Origin: Lytechinus pictus
Lineage: Eukaryota
DNA length: 64,000 nt
Direction: 5' to 3'
Assembly: GCF_037042905.1 (NCBI RefSeq)
Contig: NC_087252.1
Coordinates: 1,862,001 to 1,926,000, forward strand
The position numbers were made by a program, and so were the translations under genes. Below are positions 23,914 to 36,600 of this stretch, one piece after another. How positions within the stretch are numbered: the stretch's first letter is position 1; every line of letters begins with the position of its first letter. The notes beneath the pieces are model-generated. The model ran no database searches. It was not told the origin of the DNA and saw only the letters and a program-made list of their open reading frames with translations.

Positions 23914-24535
23914 TTTGATCTGTTTTTTAAGAATTTTTATTTTATTTTTATCTTTATGTATTTTATGATATATCTATGTATTAACATTAATGTAGTATTA
24001 ATTTTTTTTAATATTATAGTCACTGGGACAGTGACTTATTTGGCAGGGGTAGTGTGAAGGAACCCCCTTCTTGTGAAAAGAAAATCTAATCTTCAAAATA
24101 AAGATTTAGATTTCCCCATATATCAGCTGTTTTTACTACGTGAACTGTGACCTAAATATATTGCACTGATATCTAACCCTTACAGTTCTTTTCACTTCCG
24201 GCAGATAACATCTGGATACAAAGACTCGAGGTGTAGAGGAAGATGATGGAGGAGATAAAGAAGCAAATAGAGGTGGATATGGACGGTTAGAAGAAAGAGG
24301 AAGTGGCCAAGGTTTCAAGGAGTATCTTGGTTGGAGGAAGGTCGGAGTAACCCTGACCAAACGGCCACTACTCCGACCTTTCCTTCGACGCCAACATTTG
24401 GGTCGCGATAAGATATCACTGGAATTTTAATCGATTCATAATAGAATTTTATTCCGAGGATCCCAATTCTGATCGAGGCTATTATTAGATCAAGACATGG
24501 AACTGAATATTTACTGCACAATACATGTAGCTACC

Positions 24536-24654
24536 TAGCCTATAATCTAGGCGTAGGCTGCAGTTATTGTCTTTGCTGTTATGCTGAACGCAAGAGATAC
24601 ATTCAGCATAACAGCAAAGACAATAACTGCAGCCTCCGCCTAGATTATAGGCTA
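24536..24654. mobile_element. Short palindromic MITE with 9-bp TSD (AcademH-like termini)
   Basis: TAGCCTATAATCTAGGCG...CGCCTAGATTATAGGCTA with ~53-bp arms; TSD GTAGCTACC at 24527-24535 and 24655-24663. Confidence 0.85.
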
Positions 24655-26175
24655 GTAGCTACCAAACATCTTCTCAAATGAGAGCAAGTTAAATGACTGA
24701 TAGTTTGTATGTCAGAATCCCAGCAGGCTTTCATTACATAACAGAAACAATTACAAATAATAGGATAGGGTGGTTAAAAAATGAAATTGACGTTTAAAAA
24801 AATATGTCAAATTTTCCTCATTGATCCAGCTTATCACTGTAACCGTTTCTTAGCAGCGAAGCATTTATCAATTCAATCTTTCCTGTAGTCATTATTGAAT
24901 TACACCCCTCGAGTATACCTCCATCTTTTGCAACTATGGCAAGCCAGCAATCCATGTTCAATAAAGTGTTCTTTAAACATATGAGGCGCATTCATGGCAT
25001 GCAATGCATTATTCTGATCACTCAAAGAGTGAAAATATGAACTCTAGGATAAATAATTATGGCATGAATGGCCTTCCATAATTCACAGGCTGATGATTAA
25101 ATCAATAACAAATTCTTTGCAAGATGGACCACTGGTTAACTTGTCAGGGGTCTGTTGATTCTCCATTAGAACTGGGTTTCCCCCTTCTCTAATAGTCCAG
25201 ACTTTTTGCATTTACTACGGAGAAACTCTCTACAATGCACCAATTCCTTAAAAAATGCAAGTCAAATCACAATGGAGCACTGAGAGGCTTGACGAAAGTT
25301 GGTGGATCGGGACAGCATCGGAATCTCTTGACTCTGGACAAAAAAATATTTACAATTGTTTGTCCGGTGCAAATCTTTGGATGATCTGCTGTCACAGCGA
25401 GAAATGCCTCTCAGCTCTCCATAGTGATCTTAATCGCATTTTCAAAGGAATCGATGCGTTGAAGAGTTTCCCCGTAGTACATGTACATGTAAATACAAAA
25501 GCTATCTTCTTATGTCATCTTGGCCACATCAAATGAAATTTACCATCAAAGAAATTTCAACATCCATGGAACCCTTGCTTTTGATTAGCTGTTGATAATT
25601 ATTACCATGGTAGTTAACATCGAATGGCAAAGAAACCAACATTACTTTTTGCAATGAGGCGTTTAATAGGTTTTGTCATACCTTGACATTTTAGCCAGTG
25701 TATAAATGATGTAGATGTACCTATGCCAAGTCATTTTAACATGTAAACGTAATCCTACATGTATTCCCGTGAATTAAAAATTGATACAAAGTACTGCCAC
25801 CTAAGAAATTAAGATTACATAATAGAGTGGCTTGCTAGAACGTGCAGGATGCCGTGCCGTAACACAAAGGATTGTGTTTTAATGTACACTTGATTTTTTT
25901 TATGATTGAAAATTATCGTCTATGCGATCAATAACAAAAAGTTCTATGATGATTACTAAGCTTTGTGTTACGGGTCGCATGTGTGAAAGCCCTTTAAAGG
26001 AACGCATGACATTTGATACTCTATGAATCAGTGATAAACATACGAGCACACCTGTTATCTTTGTCGGTCTTCTTGACGCGTCAACCATCTTTGCTTCGAT
26101 AGATGCACACTTGACAGCCTCAGCCTCAAGCGATCTTGGCTCTTAACTCACCCATCAACGCCTCCTCATATGATG

Positions 26176-29100
26176 TCATCTCTGGTTCTGGGTTGGTAAT
26201 GTGACCAACAGCACTGAAGATTTCTTGTAAAACTTTGCCTTTGCGTCAGACTCGGAGATCAGTTCTGGAAAACATAGGTGGAGATCGTACTTCCCCTCGA
26301 CAAACAGGTTGACTTCATCCTGAAAAATGAGACATAGAAAACATCTAAATTATCATGATAAAGATCAACATCACCATTATCACCATCACCACCACCGTCA
26401 TCATCACCACCATCATTAATTCTTCTGACATGGGTGAAAATCCACAATTACGATATGCATTGACAAGTGAAAAGATTACTTTTATATTAAACCCTATCTA
26501 GGTGGGGGGGGGGGGGGCCTCGGAGCCCCCCTCACCGATTCACGCAAAATTTTCTAAGCTCATTGCCAGTTTACTTTTAAGTCTTGCCAAATTTTGAAAT
26601 TTCGCGACGCCTGGGTACACGGTTCCGAAATTATGCAACATTTTGTAAGTGCATATCACACACAAAATTGCTCAAAAGGTAAAAAAAAAAAATAGCAAAA
26701 ACAACATTAGTACATGAGAAATTGATCGGATATCGTGATTTTTTCACATAAATTTGCTTTGAACACCACAACGAGTTCATATACCAAAATGAGAACATTT
26801 GGAACTTTATGTAGGGAGTTAGAGAAAAAATAATTTTGCATTATAAATATGCATAATCACTTTACAGAGATTTGCATGAAATAAACTATGATACAATTTT
26901 GTAGAATATGTCCCAGACAATGTTTGATAAGAAGACATCCTTGAAATTATAAGCATATATAAACTAGGTTCTAAAAGAAACTGATCAAACTTTACAAAGG
27001 CAATTTTTGGTGCAATCAACGGCCGAGAATTCAAGGGGGGGGGGGCACTTTGAGGCACCCCCCCTCCCCGCCATATGGTCTCCCAAAATACCCCAGCCTA
27101 GATAGGGTTAACAATCACCAAATTTAGCTATACAACAAAACTTAAGGAATGGTGTTGATAGATCTATAAAGAGGTATTCGGTCTCGGTATTGCATATAAA
27201 AATCATCAAACTGTTAGATGTATTTTCAGTGAACAGTTGACCAGTGGAGCATAACGAGTCAGTGATTTTCAATGTCATGGGCCACTGAAAGTCCTGTGAG
27301 TGGTTCAAAGCAAAATCAAAATAACTGACTAAAATTTCATAAATAAGTTTTTCTGATATGCCAATAATATGTTACCTCTGAAATGTCCAGTTCACACTGA
27401 GACACGGATTGTACACCATGAAGCTCCAATCTCAACTCAAGTCTCCTGGGACCCTTCTCATCACCCTCCTGGAGATCAAGACTGTACTCCGGCTCTGGTA
27501 GCTCCAATTTGGTGCTAGAGATCTCCTGGATCAGTCCATCTTTCCTGTCTCCACCTGGATCTTTGGTGGATCCTACAGCAAGATCCTTCAGCCTGTCCTC
27601 CAGTTCTGACTGCCCTAGGTCCTGGTTTGAAAGTTCATGGATCTTCCCCAGGAGCTTGTCCGGGCTGAGTCCTGCAAGGTTCTCTGCCAAAACCTCTTCT
27701 TCCGTCTTCTCCCGCTTCCCGAAGAACCGCTTAACCGATGTCAAAGTTGAGGTGTCTCCTTTAAACTTGAGGCCTTGGCACTCTTTGTATGACCTGGAGA
27801 GTTTAACTTTGTGTTGATTCTCCACATAGTCCATTCCGAGGTTGATCAGAAGGTCACGATCGACAGCATTTTGAAAACTCTCTTCTAGAACGTAAAGATT
27901 GAAGGCCAATCTGACCACACTGTATTTACCTGGAAATAATAAAATCAAAATACAGAAGGATTTTATCAAGTTGTTTTATAATCAAGACACCAATGGGAGA
28001 CCCAGCCTGGTTGAACACAATACTGGTACCATTTTAGGGGCTGTATTGCTTTTGCATAATGTTCAGCCCCACATAACGATTGTGTCTAATCTGGCATGAC
28101 GCACGCCTGCAAGGAACAGCTACATGTAATTGTCAATAACTTAAGTGTTTGTTCTGTTACAATTAGGCCACTGAACCTTTTCTTTTTCTCTTGGTATAAC
28201 GAATACTCAGTATTAGCCGGGGTATTAAGACATGTATGCAGCATTTAGAGAAATTGTATTATCATGAAAAAAAGGAAAATGTGAAAACTACATACATGTA
28301 TTGGAAAGTTCATTGCCCTGTGTGAATTCTCTAATTATATAATTAATTCAAATTCATTAATGGAAATCTTTCATATATTCCATTACATTTGTGTTTAGCT
28401 TGGAAGGTTATTTAGCAAACTACACAATAAATATAAGACACCATTATGTTTTCAATGCATTTGGTGATCACGAGTGCCGTGTGTAGGCCTTTTGGGCATG
28501 TCATCAAATCTAGAACTAAAATCTTGAAGATTATACTTTTTTTCTTTGTCTAACCATCAATACACGAAAGATTTTCACTGATTGCTATATAAACAAATGT
28601 CTGACCATTGCAAATAAATGAAGTATACACTGTAATTACTCTTTAGTAATTCTGCTCAGATTCATACAAAGTCAGAATGAAGCATGCAACAAATTATCCA
28701 TTTTATTATTTTCGAGGTTTACTTTTCTTTTCACAACTTTTTACTGGCTAAACCTGTTACATTGGTGAAGCTTCAACATTGCGATGAATGGGTATTTCCC
28801 AGGGCTCTATTGTTTGAATTTCCGGCGGATTTTTTTTTAGCATTTCATGCCGTCATGTATCTTTTCCTCTGATATGAAGGAGGTGTGATTTCCACAAAAG
28901 GTATTTAAAGTGGAATCAAACCCAAATGAAAACTTGCTTTTAGAGGAAAAAGGAAAATCAGACAAGTTGATAGGTGAAAGTTTGAACAATATCGGACAAA
29001 CAATAAGAAAGTTGTGAATATTGGTAATCACTATACCTATGGAGATTTCAAATTGGCAACAAATGTGATGACAAAGTGAGGTAAGGCAAGGACTACTCTT

Positions 29101-32100
29101 CCATGTACTCCAATACATAAAATGACTAAAATTTCATTTTTTTCCCCAAATGTTTTACTTCAAATGATATTTTTCTTTCATGAGGACATAAAACAATACA
29201 CTACCTAGGCTATACTTAGATTACACCCCCAGGGGAATGGGTACTTGGGAGAAAACCACAAATCACTGATAATAAAGTACATGGCCTATGGGAAAGTTGT
29301 CCTTGCCTCTTGTCATAATTTACTTACTCAGTTGCCAATTTGAAATCTGCATAAAGATATCAATTTTAAAACGATTTCTTTCAAACTTTCACCATTCTGT
29401 TTTATTTATTTCTCTCCTTTCAAACACAACATATTATGACCAGGGCTGGATTCTCCTTTAAAATATTCTTACCAGAAGCATCTTTGCTCTCTTCAAGAGG
29501 TCCTGTCGCCACTGCAATGGGGTCAGAATCAGAAGTGGGTTTAGGGATCTTCTTCCAGCTACACAAGTTGAGATACAACACAGCCTTTGATGGGGTCTGA
29601 ATGAAATTAGAAAAATCAATGATGAATTCATATATATGGGAGGTTTTAGGGTTAGGGTTGGGGTTTTTAAAGGAGAATCCAGCCTTGGCCATAAAATGCT
29701 GTGTGGGGAAAGAGAAAAATAAATGAAACAGAATGGTGAAACTTTGAAAGAAATCGGACAAGCAATACAAAAGTTATAGCTGCTTTAAAATTGAGATCAC
29801 TAATACTATGTAGATTTCAAATTGGCAACTGGGTAAGTAAATTATGACAAGGGGCAAGGACAACTTTCCCATAGGCCATGTACTTTATTATCAGGGATTT
29901 GTGGTTTTCTCCTAAATACCCATTCCTCTGGGGCAGTAATCCAAATATAACCCGTGTAGTATATTGTTTTATGTCCTCATGAAAGAAAAATATAATTTGA
30001 AACTAGATTTTAATTCGTCATGCGGACGAATTAGGTGGTCTGTCCTTATTCTCGCCATCATGATCACCATTACCATGTTCCAGCAGATCAATATGATCTT
30101 CATGATGACAACGGAATGTTCATTATGGATGGAATACTTGTGAAAGACGGGAGATGATAAAGCACTGTGAAAATGGTCTCTTTGATATATGACAATACAT
30201 GTGTCTGTTTTATCTTGCTAAATTTTAACTTTTATACCTTTTAATTATCATAAAGGATCATGTACGAGGTGGTAAAAAAGAAAAAAAAAATGAAAAAAAA
30301 ATCATCTTGTTTACCCCAGGACAGGAACCTGCGCCCCCGAGAATGCAAGTCAAGTGCGTTATCCATTGAGCCACGACATTCCCCATAGAGATTACACGTA
30401 AGCAAATTTGAGAATTGCAAATCCAAATTTGCAAGCGAAAAACGGGCATGATACCGGCATCTGATAAAAAAATGGAGGGCACACTTCCAAAAGCTTAGAA
30501 TCTCAGCTACAACAATTTAAAAGCTCAGAGACAACTGACAAGAAAAAGTGGAGATATAGCTCACGAAATAGAGGAATGTAGAATCTAGTTTTGAGAAAAA
30601 GTCATGTCCCATAGAGATTACACGCAAAATGAGGAAAAATGACATGCCTCTTTTGATCGCTATTTTACGCCATGATGCGTTTTTCAAAATGAAAATTCAT
30701 GCTAACTGAGGAGAATGAGTACATTCTAAACTACAACATATCGAAATCTGGGCGAAAATTGACCAATATTTACGGAGTTAAAGCCTAATTTGCATAATTA
30801 TTATGACGTCATAACAAGGAAAATGGATATTTTAACTTCCGACGCCATTATGATGACGTCATGATCAAATTGAGGGACAATGGTGACATGAAATCAAATC
30901 TACAACTCATACTCTATCGATATATGAAAAAAAAATGGGGGTCAACGCACTATTTAAAGAGCTACAGTGAATTTTTAATAGGCATGTTTTTGCCCATATA
31001 TGGCCTATAGTAAGAGCTCGCGCGCACACGTGCTGCAAACTTTAACGGGTGTTAATTTCGTTATTAATGGTCGTAGAAGGTTGATGAAGGTATCAAATTG
31101 CTCAGAATTATATTATCAATGCAATGATATAAAAAAAACGGCGTTTTTGCGTTGCGTTGAAGGCGTTACGCGCAGAAACGCGCGCGCATACGTGTGCGTG
31201 CGCAAATTTTTGAAATGCTTAAAATGACCTGAAACGTACTCTACTTTGGTCAAAAAGTGATTTTGAGCAATTTGAAATTTTGACGAGCGCGTACGCGCGC
31301 GTCGTGACCACCAGGTGACCTTTGATGACATGAACTGTTGACCCTTGACCTGAAGTATATGTGATATGAATATGAATGACCTTTGATGACGCATCATGAA
31401 GATATGATTGATCATGTGATTTCACAAAATGGCGCCTGGATGACGTCACGATGACCTGATGAACTTGAAAATGTTCCTGTCACGTTTAATGACAATGACC
31501 TATGACTGTGCCAAAATTGAAAGAAATTGACTGAACTGATCTTCAGTTATGTTCTGAACAAAAAAGAGGGAGAAATAAATAAAAATAAAGAATAATAATA
31601 ATAATAATAATAATAAAGAAAGAAAATTCTGACGAAAACAATAGGTGATCTGTCGTAGACGACAGACCACCTAATAAAACTTTTGGGAAAAATGACATTT
31701 TAGCCATAATATGTATTGGAGTACATGGAAGAGTAGTCCTTGCCTTACATCACTATGACATCCCATATGCGGCCAATTTGAAGTCTCCATGGGTATAGTG
31801 ATTACCAATATTTACAAGTTTTAAAAATTCATAACTTTCTTGTTGTTTGTCCAATATTGTTCAAACTTTCACCTATCAACTTGTCTGATTTTTCTTTTCC
31901 TTATAAAAACAAGTTTTTATTTGGGTTGGATTCCCCTTTAATCTCAGAAAGCCCCCAACAGGGCTGGAAAACATGACTATTGCATCTGAGTCTGAACCTG
32001 TAGAAGGTGCAGGGGATCTGGTTCTAGCTACAAACATTGATGTACAACCAAAACTTAGATGGGATCTATGTAGATGAAATATACGAGCAAATTCAATTAT

Positions 32101-33048
32101 TGTATATATGATGTTTATGTACTTAAAAAATGAATGATTAATAACATAATGCAAACAAATTATTGATCTGAGAATCCTTAAATTACAATATTCTACATAA
32201 ATTCTAAATATTATGATATATTATACTCTACACTAAATGTACATTGCCTTGCATGAATTCTGCCACATGAAATTATTGAATCACATTACCCTTCAACAGT
32301 AAAAAAAAAGTACTTTACATGTATATAGATGTCTGTAATTTGCTAATGAGTGTGCTTCATGTACTTGGGGAGGAAGCGAGTTCCAATAAGTGTGATGTCA
32401 GGGTGGTGAAAGCATAAAGAAATACCTTTGAAATGTCCATGTACTATTATTATTGGAACAAAAATGATGAATTGCTGAGGAAGGGGGAGGCTCCTGAAAA
32501 CAAACTAAAAATATGCAACAATACATTTATTCATTGGCCCGTATTCTGAAGTCAGGTTTAACTTAGACCATGGTCTAACTCTGTGCTAAAATTATGGGAA
32601 GCCAAAAGTCTCAAAATTGTTATTAAGTTGTATGTTTCTTATGTTTACTGTGCTCTTTCCTGATTCATCGATGGTGAAGACGATCACTCTATTTATACTT
32701 CCTAGACAATTATGAATGATTTGAGAGCCAATTGAGCTGAATTATGATATCTCTACTGTTAGTGATTTATGTAACAATTGGCTGTCCATACTTTAACCAC
32801 AACTTTAAACCTGACTTCAGAATACGGGCCATTGACTTTTAATAGAAATAAATACATACAATTATAGATGTCTTCATGCAGGCAAAGGGCTTGGGTAGAT
32901 CCATGTTTTCTTTGCCTTCTTCCATTGTTTTCTTGATGAATCTCTGGTATGCCGCAGGATCAGAATTGGCCATTTCATCAAGCATAGCCCAGACATGAGA
33001 GGCTTGCTTCAGTGTACCACCATCTTCACCTAGTCCCATATCCATCAT
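26176..33048 (-). CDS. PIH1D2: PIH1 domain-containing protein 2-like; coding exons 33048-32860, 29596-29473, 27929-27376, 26319-26176
   Basis: N-terminus QASHVWAMLDEMANSDPAAYQRFIKKTMEEGK, then LYLNLCSWKKIP and VVRLAFN...LLINLGMDYVE, resemble PIH1D2 as I recall it. The C-terminus is CS-like (ELDISE/DEVNL...AKAKFYKKSSVLLVTLP). All junctions are GT-AG with consistent phases (0,1,0); stop TGA at 26178-26176. Confidence 0.9.
26492..27107. mobile_element. piggyBac-like MITE in a PIH1D2 intron; right-end fragment also at ~60890-61115
   Basis: CCCTATCTAGG...CCTAGATAGGG termini in TTAA(A) context. Confidence 0.7.
28906..29461. mobile_element. TTAA-flanked MITE (Kolobok-like); inverted copy at 29667-31941, fragment at ~8883-9164
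   Basis: TTAAAGTGGAATC...GGATTCTCCTTTAA. The reverse-complement copy runs TTAAAGGAGAATCC...GGATTCCCCTTTAA and is split by the 30001-31674 insertion. Confidence 0.8.
30001..31674. mobile_element. Helentron/Helitron2-like non-autonomous element
   Basis: Starts AACTAGA with subterminal ATTAGGTGGTCTGTC. Ends in hairpin TAGGTGATCTGTCG-TAGA-CGACAGACCACCTA preceded by (AAT)n. Interrupts a MITE at an A-run without an obvious TSD. Confidence 0.7.
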
Positions 33049-33682
33049 AACCGTGTGCTGTTTGAACAATCTTGAAGGCCTGTGTTAAAAGAAAAGAAGG
33101 CAATAAAACTATATGTACAACTGTAGCACATTATTGAATTCTTATACAATCAGGGGGACATTTCACAAGAGTTGCAACCATGGCACATGTATGTACAAAC
33201 AGTAGCAGCCATTAGGACAACTACCATGCGAAAAGGGCTTAGTAACTAATCGCAATCAAGCTTTCCTTGGAAGTTACAATAATGGAAAAGCTACTATCAT
33301 TCTTTTTTAAATGGCCCGGAATATGGAACTCACTCGCAAGTGACAATCCATAGCCCCTCCTTAGGTTATTAGTGGCTATATAGTACACGTACATCTGTAC
33401 TGACCGCACTGAAACGTTGTTAGTGCTAACAATGAGCTATTAGCAGGGGCCCTGTTACAACTGGTAATATGGCAGCTATGGCTAATGTTACAACAATGCA
33501 TTGCTTAAAAATTCAAATAACTGTTTTGACTTCACAATCCGAAAGATGTGACTGAGCTAACAAGCGCTAGCCTCTGTTAGGCTAACGTTTCTTTGCAGTC
33601 GGCACAGGTCAGCACTGACTTACAGGTGCCAATGCACTCACATTAATCAACTCAACCAATCAAATATGAAGGAAAGTGGTAT

Positions 33683-36600
33683 CAGGGTAGGAATTAATTT
33701 TTTTTTTTTAGGGGCTACTTTTTTTTTTTAATTGGGGCTACCACTGAATATCTTGGGGCTATTTTCTAATTCATGGGGCTACTTTTTTTTATCGCATATC
33801 AGCAATTACCTTTTGACATTCCGAAACTCACTGTGACGCCTAAAAGCTCAGAACATTTTTAATTGTAATTACTGTATACATGTAAGTTTGCATTTTGGTT
33901 GAGGATTTGTTCAAATAGACTCAAAGATCACATATAATCATATATGATATTAAAGAAAGGTGTTCACCATATATGAATGTCCAGGCTTGTTTATTCTTCA
34001 GTTTTGTCTCAACTTTGATAGTGATATCAGCCCTGGGTGATATAGTGATGAGCAGTTGAATGAGTGGCTATTGAGCAACATATCCAGCTGAGCAGGCACA
34101 CCCAATCAAGCTGCAGTGCTGCACCAAATTAATAATTCCATGATTTCCATCAATGCTGCCCATGGTTAAACATTGGCAGTATTGATGGAAATATGAATTG
34201 GGTGCAGCACTGCAGCTTGATTGGGTGTGCTGCTGAATGTGGCTACAGAAGGACCAACAAAATTGGTTATTACAGTAATTGGAAATGGCAAGTTTACCTG
34301 GTTATTCTTTTAATCAACAAGACATCAGGACTTGAAAACATAATGCATACATGTCAGTGATAATTGCTACATCATACCCAAGCACACTTATTGTAGTTTT
34401 ACTATTTATGACTTTATGATACTGAGGGTACTGAGGAGGCATTATTTGCCAACTACACTACTGTCAAGCTGAACTCCAGTGCATTTTTCCTGAGCACAAT
34501 TCTGCACTGGCACAATTAATTTTATGTAAGAGAGTTAGCATAGAATTCATTGTGTCTAGAGTATAAGACAGACTGCATATTAAACAGAGTGAGAAGGTAA
34601 ATAAATCAAACTAAAGTTGGTTGATGACTCCAATGACTCCATTGCTACTGAGTACTGAATATTCCACTTTGTTGAAAAGGGCCAGCATTTACATGTAGCA
34701 TTGGCAGTAGCAAGAAGCAAATTTAGGATTGCATTCCATCACTTATTTTCTTCCCAGATCAGCACTGTTACCTTTCTCATTCTCTGTAACAGCTGGTCTG
34801 TGCCTGCTGTGATACAATTAAACAGTTACTGTATCACATACCAGCTAATACAGAGAATAAGAAAGGTGATGTCTGTTACAGAGAATGAGAAAGGTGATGG
34901 AATGCAATCCTAAATACTGAACTATTTCAACAAAATGGAACATTTTGATTAAAATGACATGACTAAAACTGTCAAGTGATAAGTTGATCAGCACTGTAAC
35001 ACAAATATCATTGGTAAATCTGGTAAAAGAAAACCTTGTCAGTATAAGATTTTGTAAATAGCAACTGCCAGCTGGTCTATAGTTTAATACATGAAAACTG
35101 GTGGTGAAGAACTGGTCATGAATGATGAATAGATATCACTCCAAATTTCAAAAAAAAAACTGGAAGTTAAAGACACTCCATTAAGTGCTCAAATGAGAAT
35201 GAGAAGTGAGTTGCTGTCATAAACTGTTGCCAAATAACATGAAAAATAAAACCCCAAACAATATCATGTTCTGCTGTAGTTAGAGTTCTCATCTGTTATA
35301 TAACTTGTTAGATTTGTTCCATTCTAATCTCTGCTGTTCACAATCTTCAGTCAAAGAAGTCATGCATGGATAGTTCCTGAACAGCCTTCACTGGCATTGA
35401 GCATTCCGCTTGCCATAAGGTTGAACATCAGGGCGTCTGTTTTGTTGGCCTCCTCTGTACCAGCATCTTACTGCATCTGCAACACTGTGCTCCTCTTCAC
35501 TTGGACCTTCTAGGACAATCATCATCAGATCTGCTAAGGTGCTTGTGGCCAGATTCACTCGCCAGTCAGTTTTCACACGGCCCATCAAGGAGAAGGCTCT
35601 CTCTACTTTAGCAGTGGCTAGAGGAATCACCTGAAGAACTTCAATGAGGTGGAAAAAGTTAGGAAAATCCTCCTTCCTCTTCCTGAAGATCATAGGCCAG
35701 AAATCCCGCCATGAAGAGGGTGTGCTGTAATGCAGAGCGACAATCTTTTTCAACCTACTCCATTCTGCTAGTGCTACATCTGTGTCACATCCTGCTGGAC
35801 CCAAAACACCCTCAAAGTGTTTCAGTAGCTGGAAAACTTCACGATCGCCATAAGATTTGAAGTCATCATGATCTATAGGCCAATTCTTTGGATCCAGGAA
35901 GGTTGCAGCAGTGAACACTTCATCTGTGACAAATGATTCAAACCTGTCCTCCAAGCACTTGATGAGAAGATCTACAAGTCTTTTGACAAACTGGCTGGTA
36001 AAGGTGTGTCTTTCCTCCTCGGAAGCTTCAAACTGGATTCCACGATACTCCCCCTTTGTACAGGCATCCAGCATAGTCTGCACCTTTGGACCCATACTCT
36101 CACCTTTTGAAATGTCCTGCAGAACTGAGAGTACTGATTGTACTTTGTCCTTGACCTCAGGCAAACAAATGTCATCACTCTGAAATGCAAGCGAGAGAGA
36201 AGAAAGCCCAGCTAGTATGTCTTCATATAGTGCCAGATGAAGCAGAAATTTCTGAGACTTTAGCTTCTTCAACATTCCCCTTGCTTTGGCAGCATCTTCA
36301 GCCTTCACATCCGATCTCTGATCACTGCCAATTTCAGTCAGATGATTGACAACTATGGGATAGTTTCTATCCAAAGCCAATATGGCACGCTTCCTATGGT
36401 CAACCCATCTTGTGCCATCCACTCTGGTTGGTCTCATCACACTTTCTTCTAGAATGTCGGCGATTTCATTCAGCTCTCGCACTCTCTTCGGTGATCTTCT
36501 GTAAAATGATGCATACGAAGCTAGAATAACATCAATCTGAAAAAAATGATAGAAACAGAAAAGTAAAGAAATATTTTAATTTGAATAGATGTGGCAGGTC

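Larger units (their letters stand above)
20270..24396 (+). mobile_element. Tandem array of three deleted Gypsy-type LTR retrotransposon cassettes (gag capsid, charged ORF, PPT, LTR)
   Basis: Near-identical units. PPT GGCAGGGG(G)TAG is followed by the LTR start TGTGAAGG at 20906, 22358 and 24053. Only the last LTR looks complete (to CAACA at ~24396). No pol is present. Confidence 0.85.
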
